Of a stretch of 64,000 bases of DNA, positions 28,058-35,637 are shown piece by piece. The stretch comes from an uncultured Alphaproteobacteria bacterium (GTDB lineage: Bacteria; Pseudomonadota; Alphaproteobacteria; HIMB59; GCA-002718135): positions 2,213 to 66,212 of the forward strand of contig CACGTA010000005.1 in the NCBI GenBank assembly GCA_902575815.1. Direction: 5' to 3'. Under the pieces are notes generated by a model that was given only the letters and a program-made list of their open reading frames with translations, made no database searches and was not told where the DNA came from. Both the position numbers and the translations under genes were made by a program. Each line of letters opens with the position of its first letter. Position 1 is the stretch's first letter.

Positions 28058-28627
28058 TTACTGTTGTCTTGTTAAAAGTGTTTTTGCAATCATCTGTAAT
28101 GCTCTAGGATAAACCTTATGCTCTTCTATCAATATTTTCTTTGAGAGTGATTCGGTATTATCTTTCTTCAAAATCTTTACTTTTTTTTGCAATATAATCT
28201 TTCCAGAGTCAATTTTAGTGCTAACGTAATGAACACTACAACCAGAATAGCTCGCTTTAGCCTTTATAGCCTGATCCTGAGCATTTAACCCTTTGAAAGC
28301 TGGAAGATAAGATGGATGAATATTGATTAATCGCGATCGCCACTGCCTGACAAATTTTGAGTCTAAAACTTGCATAAAACCAGCCAAACAAATGATATCT
28401 ATATTTTTTAGATACTTCATGACTTTGTTTTCGAAATTTTTTCTTGGGATAAAATGTATAAATGGAATTTTATTTTTTTTGGCAATAGTTAAACCTTTTG
28501 CTTTGGAATTATTAGAGACGACTAATTGAACCTCTACTAAACTTTGTTTTGTAAATGATGATTGTATTAGTGATTCTAAATTGGAACCTCTTCCCGATAT
28601 GAAAATAGCAACCTGTAATTTTTTCAA
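28058..28627 (-). CDS. purN: Phosphoribosylglycinamide formyltransferase
   Basis: SGRGSNL and INIHPSYLP motifs. Confidence 0.9.
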   Translation of the reverse strand: MKKLQVAIFISGRGSNLESLIQSSFTKQSLVEVQLVVSNNSKAKGLTIAKKNKIPFIHFIPRKNFENKVMKYLKNIDIICLAGFMQVLDSKFVRQWRSRLINIHPSYLPAFKGLNAQDQAIKAKASYSGCSVHYVSTKIDSGKIILQKKVKILKKDNTESLSKKILIEEHKVYPRALQMIAKTLLTRQQ

Positions 28628-29658
28628 CTAATTGTGCACCTTGATGATTTGTTAACTTCTATTTTCCCAATTTCAAAAATATCTAAATTTTCATCTTTTA
28701 TTAATTGCTCAAATTCTTTGTAATTATTTTTTGAAATAGTCATTATCAAACCTAATCCACAATTAAAGGTCTTCAACATTTCTTCATCTGAAATGTTAGC
28801 TAAACTTTGAAACCATTGGAAAATTTCTTCATCACAAATAAATTTTTTATCAATCCTTGCTGATAAATTTTCAGAGAGCATTCTTGGTGCATTGCCAATA
28901 ATACCTCCACCTGTAATATGAGAAATACCGTTGATAAGATTTGTCATTAAAATTTTTTTTAAAAAAGGAAAATATAATTTTGTTGGAGCCATTAAGGCTG
29001 CTGCATTAGTTTCATAAGATGATTTAAATTCTGTTTCTTTATGTAAATCTATATTTTTATCTTTTAAAACTTTTCGAATGAGAGAATATCCATTTGAATG
29101 AAAGCCCGAAGATCTAATCCCATATAGAAGATCATCTTCTTTCATGACATCTCTTTTAGGTAGAATTTTTTTTCTCTCTACTGCACCAACACAAAATCCA
29201 GCAAAATCAAAGTCATCTTTTTTATAAAGCCCAGGCATCTCTGCTGTTTCACCGCCTATAAGTGAACAATTATTTATCTTACAAGCTTCAGTGATGCTTT
29301 TCATAATTTTTAAAAAAGAATTTTTATCAATTTTAGAAGAAGCATAATAATCTAAAAAAAATAATGGCTCTGCACCGTGGCAAAGAATATCATTAAGGCA
29401 CATACCAACAAGATCATGACCTAAACCATCTAAAAAATCAGTTTCAATCCCTAATAATATTTTTGTCCCTATGCCATCTGTACCAGAGACTAATAAAGGG
29501 TCATCATATCCACAATTTTTAAGGTCAAAAATACCACCAAATCCACCAATTTTGTCAAAATTTCCATTTCTGTTTGTTGATTTGCTTAGCTCAGAAATAT
29601 CTTCAACAAGGGCATCTGTATTTTCTATATCAACACCTGCTTCTTTATATGTTGTCAT
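28624..29658 (-). CDS. purM: Phosphoribosylformylglycinamidine cyclo-ligase (AIR synthetase)
   Basis: YKEAGVDI, SGTDGIGTK and GGETAEMPG motifs. Confidence 0.9.
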   Translation of the reverse strand: MTTYKEAGVDIENTDALVEDISELSKSTNRNGNFDKIGGFGGIFDLKNCGYDDPLLVSGTDGIGTKILLGIETDFLDGLGHDLVGMCLNDILCHGAEPLFFLDYYASSKIDKNSFLKIMKSITEACKINNCSLIGGETAEMPGLYKKDDFDFAGFCVGAVERKKILPKRDVMKEDDLLYGIRSSGFHSNGYSLIRKVLKDKNIDLHKETEFKSSYETNAAALMAPTKLYFPFLKKILMTNLINGISHITGGGIIGNAPRMLSENLSARIDKKFICDEEIFQWFQSLANISDEEMLKTFNCGLGLIMTISKNNYKEFEQLIKDENLDIFEIGKIEVNKSSRCTIS

Positions 29659-29671
29659 ATTTAATTAGTTT

Positions 29672-29686
29672 TAAACGAATCGTTAA
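29672..29686. promoter_or_regulatory. Palindrome TAAACGAATCGTTAA in the divergent purM/purL promoter region
   Basis: The core AACGA-A-TCGTT is a perfect palindrome. It contains a GANTC site (GAATC, 29677-29681). The 7-mer ACGAATC recurs inverted at 29718-29724. Confidence 0.25.
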
Positions 29687-29731
29687 CGAGTAAACTATTA
29701 ATATAGTAAATTAAGTTGATTCGTACTCATA

Positions 29732-32659
29732 ATGACAAATACAATTCAAATTCTCTCCATTGAGAAGACAGGGAAAGAAAGCTCACTACAAAAAGAACAT
29801 AATAATAAATCCATCAAAATTATAGATGGATATTTCTTTTCGAAAAATCTTGATGGTCAAAAGTTTACTAAAATAAGTAAACTTATTTCTAATGACGTTT
29901 CTCAAACAATATTAACAAAAGAAAATGTAAATAAGGTTTTATCTAGTTATAGTAATTTCAATTGGGTTGTAGAAATAAAATTTTTACCAGGTGTAACTGA
30001 TAATATAGCTACAACCGTAAAAGAAATAATTAAAGATAATCTAAAAAGTAGTTTTAAAAGTTTTGAACTAGGTTCAACAAAAATTATTTTAATCAAAGGA
30101 AGAAAAGAAGATATTATCAAAATATCTAAAAATGAAGCAAATCCCTTAATTCAAACAATTAAGATTTATCCATTTAAAAAATATTTAAATAATTTTAAAA
30201 AAGATCAATTTAAAATAGAAAAGGTAAAATTACCGAAAAAAAAATACAGTAAAAAAGAAATTAATTTAGATATTTCTGATTATCATCTAAGTCTCATTGG
30301 TAAACTTGGTATTGAAGAAAATGATAAATCTAGAAGAGGAACACTTGGCTTAGATCTAGAATCTTTAAAAGCCATAAGAAATTATTTTTCCACTATAAAA
30401 CGTAAACCAACAGATGTAGAAATTGAAACATTAGCACAGACGTGGTCCGAGCACTGTAAACACAAAATATTTTCAGCTAAAATTGATGACATTAACGAAG
30501 GTATATTTAAAAAATACATTAAAGGCGCTACTGAAAAAATTATTCAATTAAGAAAAGATAATTTTTGTGTTTCTCTTTTTACGGATAATGCGGGTGGAAT
30601 AGAATTTAATAAAGATTGGATTATTTGTCATAAAGTTGAAACACATAATACACCTTCAGCATTAGATCCTTTTGGCGGAGCAATCACTGGAATTGTTGGT
30701 GTAAATAGGGATTGTCTTGGATTTGGGAAAGGAGCAAAACCTATAGCTAATACGTATGCATATTATTTAGCAGACCCAAATAAAAAATATCAATTGTATC
30801 GTCAAAAAAATAAGGATCCAATGCTTCCAGCAAATTTTATTGCTAAGGGTATTATCAGTGGTGTTAGAGTTGGGGGAAATTGCTCAGGTATTCCTACTCC
30901 TCAAGGTAATGTGTATTTTGATGACCGGTTCGCAGGAAAGCCCCTTGTATTTTGTGGAACAGTTGGGATTATTCCAAAAAAAATTAGAGGAAAATTATCA
31001 CATAAGAAGAAAGCTAATCCAGGAGATATCATACTAATGGCTGGAGGTAGAGTGGGAAAAGATGGTATTCACGGTGCAACATTTTCATCAGAAGAGTTAG
31101 ATCCTAATAGTCCAGTTTCTGCCGTACAAATTGGTGATCCAATAACACAAAAGAAAATGTCTGATGTCATCATTAGAGAATTGCGTGATGAAAATCTTTA
31201 CTCAAGCATAACAGATAATGGAGCGGGAGGATTATCATCATCAATTGGAGAAATGGCGAAAGAGAGCGGTGGTTTTATAGTTAATCTTGAAAAGGTTCCC
31301 CTCAAATATAATGGTTTATATCCTTGGGAGATTTGGGTTTCTGAATCACAAGAAAGAATGACACTAGCAGTACCTCCAGCAAACGTAAAAAAAGTTATTA
31401 AGAGATTTAATGCAAGAGGTGTGGAAGCAACAATAATTGGTAAGTTTATTAAAAAAGAAAAAGCTATAGTAAAATATAATAAAACTAAAATTCTCAATTT
31501 AGATATGGAATTTCTTCATGAAGGTTATCCTAAATTAAATTTAAAAACATCTTTTCCAAAAATTAAAAAAGAAAAGAAAAAAATAATTAAAAAAAGTTCC
31601 TTAATAGATAAATTACATAAACTTCTCTCTAGTCCAAATATTGTATCAAAAGAATTTATAGCCACGCAATATGATCATGAAGTACAAGCTACCTCTATTA
31701 TAAAACCATTACAAGGCGAAGGCAGAGTTTTTGGAAATGCTACTGCTATTAAACCTATATTTGATGATGAAAAATCAATAGCTCTTTCTCAAGCTGCATA
31801 TCCTCAGTACGCCGAAACAAATCCTTATGATATGGCTGGGTGCTCTATTGATACAGCATATAAAAATTTAATTGTAAGTGGTGCCAGCTCAAAAAAAATT
31901 GCAATTCTTGATAACTTTTGTTGGTGTAGCTCCGATGAACCTGATCGCTTATATCAATTGAAAGAAGCGGCAAAAGCTTGTTATGATTATGCAGTTGCTT
32001 ACCAAACACCATTTATTTCAGGAAAAGATAGTATGTTTAATGATTTTAAAGGTTTTGATAAAACTGGGAAATCAGTAAAAATTTCAATACCTCCAACTTT
32101 GCTTATTTCTTCTATTGGGGTGGTAGATAAAATTTCACACTTAACAAAAATAACACCAGATGATGGTGATATACTTTTAGTTTTAGGAAATACCCGTAAT
32201 GAATTACAGGATAGTGTTTATTCCAAAATTATAGGTTATGAAAAATCAAAAAATCCAGTTGTAAATAGCAAGGATGCACTTCGCACATATAAAAATTTTG
32301 AAAAAGCTAATAAACTCGGAATTATAAATTCAGCAATTGGAATAGATTTGGGTGGAATTGGAATTGCAATTACAAAGATGGCAATTGCTTCAAAGAAAGG
32401 TTTAACTATTGATTTAAAACTAAAAAATAAAATCTCAGTTGACCAATTTTTATTTTCTGAAACACAAAGTAGAATTCTTGTTTCCCTTAAAAAAAATAAG
32501 TTAGCCAATTTTAAAAAATTATTTAAAGCTTCTGATTATACAATTATTGGTAAATGTACGGGTTCAGATGTAATTGAGTTTAAAGATAACAAAGAAATTA
32601 TGAGAGGTAAAATTTCAGATTTTGCTAAGTCATACAAACAAAATATTAAAGGGTTATGA
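29732..32659 (+). CDS. purL: FGAM synthase synthetase subunit of the large-PurL type, with an N-terminal PurS-like domain and no glutaminase domain
   Basis: The protein is 975 aa. WSEHCKHKIF matches the large-PurL signature (SEHCRHKIF), not the small-PurL WSEHCSYK. The N-terminal 180 aa or so carries a PurS-like segment (VEIKFLPGVTDNIATTVKE). No separate purS gene is present. Confidence 0.85.
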   Translation: MTNTIQILSIEKTGKESSLQKEHNNKSIKIIDGYFFSKNLDGQKFTKISKLISNDVSQTILTKENVNKVLSSYSNFNWVVEIKFLPGVTDNIATTVKEIIKDNLKSSFKSFELGSTKIILIKGRKEDIIKISKNEANPLIQTIKIYPFKKYLNNFKKDQFKIEKVKLPKKKYSKKEINLDISDYHLSLIGKLGIEENDKSRRGTLGLDLESLKAIRNYFSTIKRKPTDVEIETLAQTWSEHCKHKIFSAKIDDINEGIFKKYIKGATEKIIQLRKDNFCVSLFTDNAGGIEFNKDWIICHKVETHNTPSALDPFGGAITGIVGVNRDCLGFGKGAKPIANTYAYYLADPNKKYQLYRQKNKDPMLPANFIAKGIISGVRVGGNCSGIPTPQGNVYFDDRFAGKPLVFCGTVGIIPKKIRGKLSHKKKANPGDIILMAGGRVGKDGIHGATFSSEELDPNSPVSAVQIGDPITQKKMSDVIIRELRDENLYSSITDNGAGGLSSSIGEMAKESGGFIVNLEKVPLKYNGLYPWEIWVSESQERMTLAVPPANVKKVIKRFNARGVEATIIGKFIKKEKAIVKYNKTKILNLDMEFLHEGYPKLNLKTSFPKIKKEKKKIIKKSSLIDKLHKLLSSPNIVSKEFIATQYDHEVQATSIIKPLQGEGRVFGNATAIKPIFDDEKSIALSQAAYPQYAETNPYDMAGCSIDTAYKNLIVSGASSKKIAILDNFCWCSSDEPDRLYQLKEAAKACYDYAVAYQTPFISGKDSMFNDFKGFDKTGKSVKISIPPTLLISSIGVVDKISHLTKITPDDGDILLVLGNTRNELQDSVYSKIIGYEKSKNPVVNSKDALRTYKNFEKANKLGIINSAIGIDLGGIGIAITKMAIASKKGLTIDLKLKNKISVDQFLFSETQSRILVSLKKNKLANFKKLFKASDYTIIGKCTGSDVIEFKDNKEIMRGKISDFAKSYKQNIKGL

Positions 32660-33420
32660 ACGTATTAGTCTTGTCAGGTTATGGTATTAATTGTGAAAAT
32701 GAAACACTACATGCATTTGAAGTAGTAGGATTTAAAGGAAAAATTATTCATATTAATGATTTGATTCAAAATCCTAAACAACTTAATAACTATCAAATAT
32801 TCGCTATACCTGGTGGTTTTTCTTATGGCGATGATACAGGTTCAGGAAATGCAATGGCGAAAAAAATTATGACCAATTTGTATGATCAACTAACAGATTT
32901 TTCATTAAAAGATAAACTAATCATAGGTATTTGTAATGGATGCCAAATATTAATTAATCTTGGATTAGTTCCAAGTCTAAATAAAAAAGATCCAGAAGTA
33001 GCATTGATTGAAAATAAATCTGGTAGCTATGAGTGTCGATGGGTTGATATAAAAGTAAGTAATAATAAATCACCATGGCTAATAAATATTAGCACGCTGA
33101 ACTTGCCTGTTGCCCATCAAGAAGGGCAATTTATGATACCTATGAATCTACTAAAGAGTATCAAAGCTAATAACCTTATTGGTTTGCAGTACATTAATCA
33201 TCATAAAAAATTAGCAAAAGGTCAATTTCCTTTTAATCCGAATGGATCTAAAGATGATATCGCTGCGCTAACAAATCAAAATGGTAATGTTCTTGCAATG
33301 ATGCCTCATCCTGAAAGAGCATTTTATCATTATCATATTCCCAATTGGCAAAGTAAAACCTTAAAAAAATTTGGGGATGGATATAAAATTTTTATGAACG
33401 CAAAAAAATTCTTTGCATAA
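32656..33420 (+). CDS. purQ: FGAM synthase glutaminase subunit
   Basis: GGFSYGDD, nucleophile GICNGCQIL and HPER. The start overlaps the purL stop by ATGA. Confidence 0.9.
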   Translation: MNVLVLSGYGINCENETLHAFEVVGFKGKIIHINDLIQNPKQLNNYQIFAIPGGFSYGDDTGSGNAMAKKIMTNLYDQLTDFSLKDKLIIGICNGCQILINLGLVPSLNKKDPEVALIENKSGSYECRWVDIKVSNNKSPWLINISTLNLPVAHQEGQFMIPMNLLKSIKANNLIGLQYINHHKKLAKGQFPFNPNGSKDDIAALTNQNGNVLAMMPHPERAFYHYHIPNWQSKTLKKFGDGYKIFMNAKKFFA

Positions 33421-33421
33421 A

Positions 33422-34471
33422 TTATACTGCTATATCTACTATTTTTTTCATCACAGTTGGCATTCTAGAACTAGAATAAGAAGATTTCTTTATCCAATTA
33501 CTTTTTGATAATTTTGCTTTTTTAACATTGCCATAAAAAATTTCTGTTTCTAAATCAAAATGACTAAATGAATATTCAAATAAGCCTTTAGATTGTAATT
33601 TTGTTTTTATTTTTTGTATATCTTGATCAGTGGTTAATAATTTCTTATTTTTAACCCAGACATCATTTGGTACTTCAAGCATTGAGGCCAACATACCTTT
33701 ATTTGGTCTACTTCGCACAAGGATTTCATTCTTTTCATTCACAATTACATAGGCTCTTGTATACTTTATAGGCTTAGTAGTTTTCTTTTTTAGTTTTAAA
33801 GGAATTTTTTGCTGTAAATTTTTTTTATATGATTGGCAAAATTTATTAATTCCACAAATATTACATTTAGGGTTTCTCGGAAGACAGATCTCTGATCCGT
33901 AATCCATAAAAGACTGAATTAAATTTGAAGAGTATTTATCTGAAATGAATTTTTTTCCCAAATCTTTAAGTTTATTTTTGACTTTATTAATTGGTTTATC
34001 GATAGCATATAACCTAACCAAAATTCTCTCTATATTAGCATCAAGTGGCATAACTGGTTGATTGAATCCTATTCCAAGAATCGCTTTTGCTGTGTAATCT
34101 CCAATACCAGGAAGTTGAATAAGTTCATCATAAGTTTTTGGTATGTTATTTTTAAAATTTTTTTTAATTATTTTTGCAGATTTTAATAAATTTCTTGCTC
34201 TTGAATAATAACCAAGGCCGGACCAGAACTTTAAAATATTTGGCTCTGAAGTTTGCGCTAATTTATTTAGTGAAGGCCATTTTAAAATAAAATCATTAAA
34301 TTTATTTTTTACGGTATTTACTGTTGTTTGTTGGAGCATATACTCACTTACAAACACAAAGTATGGATCAGGTAAATTGAGAGTATTTTTCTTCCGCCAC
34401 GGTAAATTTCTGGCATTCACGGAATACCATTGAAGCAAAAACTTTATTACTTGTGTTTCGTGTTTAAACAT
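33422..34471 (-). CDS. mutY: A/G-specific adenine DNA glycosylase
   Basis: HhH-GPD region (LPGIGDYTAKAI), a 4Fe-4S cluster loop (C..PKCNIC...C) and a NUDIX-like C-terminus. Confidence 0.85.
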   Translation of the reverse strand: MFKHETQVIKFLLQWYSVNARNLPWRKKNTLNLPDPYFVFVSEYMLQQTTVNTVKNKFNDFILKWPSLNKLAQTSEPNILKFWSGLGYYSRARNLLKSAKIIKKNFKNNIPKTYDELIQLPGIGDYTAKAILGIGFNQPVMPLDANIERILVRLYAIDKPINKVKNKLKDLGKKFISDKYSSNLIQSFMDYGSEICLPRNPKCNICGINKFCQSYKKNLQQKIPLKLKKKTTKPIKYTRAYVIVNEKNEILVRSRPNKGMLASMLEVPNDVWVKNKKLLTTDQDIQKIKTKLQSKGLFEYSFSHFDLETEIFYGNVKKAKLSKSNWIKKSSYSSSRMPTVMKKIVDIAV

Positions 34472-34504
34472 ATTGCTTTCATATTTAGGTACTATAAATT
34501 ATTT

Positions 34505-35026
34505 ATGCATATGGACAAAAAAAATATAAAGCAAAAAAGAACATTTGTTCCACAATCTATTGGCGATACTCTTAGGAAGATTAATAGAAAATTTTCCTCT
34601 AAATATAATCGTACAGAATTTATAATAAACTCCAAATGGTCTGAAATTGCTGGTAGTTATTTTAAAGAATATTCAGAGCCGTTAAATGTTTCAAGGGTTC
34701 GTGATTTTGAAAATGATGTAGGTGAGACAGTTTATAAAAATTATCTAAATGTGAGTGTTGCCCCAGCCGCAGCCATTGAATTTCAACACTTTAAGGACAC
34801 TATAATTGAAAAAATTAATACTTATTTTGGCTATAAAGCAATAATAGACTTGAGAATTCATCAAAATTACATACCTAAATATACTCATATGAAACAAAAT
34901 AAAAAAAAACAAATTGATAAAGACGAAATAGAATTTGTTAAGCAAAACGTTAAAGAATTTCAAAATTCCGATTTAAAAAAATCGCTATTAAATTTAGGTA
35001 ATAAAATTACAACTGAGGACAAATAA
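34505..35026 (+). CDS. DUF721 (DciA-like) protein
   Basis: The conserved alphaproteobacterial position between mutY and dsbA/smc, and a WSEIAG...LNVSVAPAAAIEFQ pattern typical of DUF721. I prefer the ATG at 34505 because the ORF start at 34430 overlaps mutY head-on. Confidence 0.6.
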   Translation: MHMDKKNIKQKRTFVPQSIGDTLRKINRKFSSKYNRTEFIINSKWSEIAGSYFKEYSEPLNVSRVRDFENDVGETVYKNYLNVSVAPAAAIEFQHFKDTIIEKINTYFGYKAIIDLRIHQNYIPKYTHMKQNKKKQIDKDEIEFVKQNVKEFQNSDLKKSLLNLGNKITTEDK

Positions 35027-35637
35027 TGAAAATTAAAATTTTATTTATTTCTATTACACTATCACTACTTTTTATTAATGCCAAAGCAGCTGAAAACTCA
35101 ATACTAGATGTAAAAGATAATGATTTTTATATTGGGGAAGACAATGCTCCAATCACAATCATAGAATATGCTTCAATGTCTTGTAGTCACTGTGCAGATT
35201 TTCATAATGATACTCTAGAAGAATTGAAAAAAGAGTTTATTGATACTGGTAAAGTTAAGTTTATTTTTCGTGATTTCCCATTTAATTATCCAGCTCTTGC
35301 TGGAAGTATGATTTTAAGATGTGTCCCAGAAGATGTAAGATATGATTACATGAATGGCCTTTATAAGCTCCAAAATAATTGGGTTAATAGAGATCCTTCC
35401 AAAACAAAATCTGAGTTATACAAAATTATGCAAAGTGGTGGTATGCAGCAAGAGGACTTTGATACATGTTTGAGCAATGTTGAATTAGAGAATCAGTTAC
35501 TTGAGGGTGTAATGGAAGCTCAGAGAGAATATAAAATAGGTTCTACCCCTTCATTCATTATTAACGGAGTACTTTATTCCGGGAATAAAAACATAAAAGA
35601 GTTTAGACAAATCATCGATAAAATATTATCACAATAG
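35026..35637 (+). CDS. DsbA-family thiol:disulfide oxidoreductase
   Basis: Signal peptide. The thioredoxin active site is CSHC, and GSTPSFIING is also present. Confidence 0.8.
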   Translation: MKIKILFISITLSLLFINAKAAENSILDVKDNDFYIGEDNAPITIIEYASMSCSHCADFHNDTLEELKKEFIDTGKVKFIFRDFPFNYPALAGSMILRCVPEDVRYDYMNGLYKLQNNWVNRDPSKTKSELYKIMQSGGMQQEDFDTCLSNVELENQLLEGVMEAQREYKIGSTPSFIINGVLYSGNKNIKEFRQIIDKILSQ

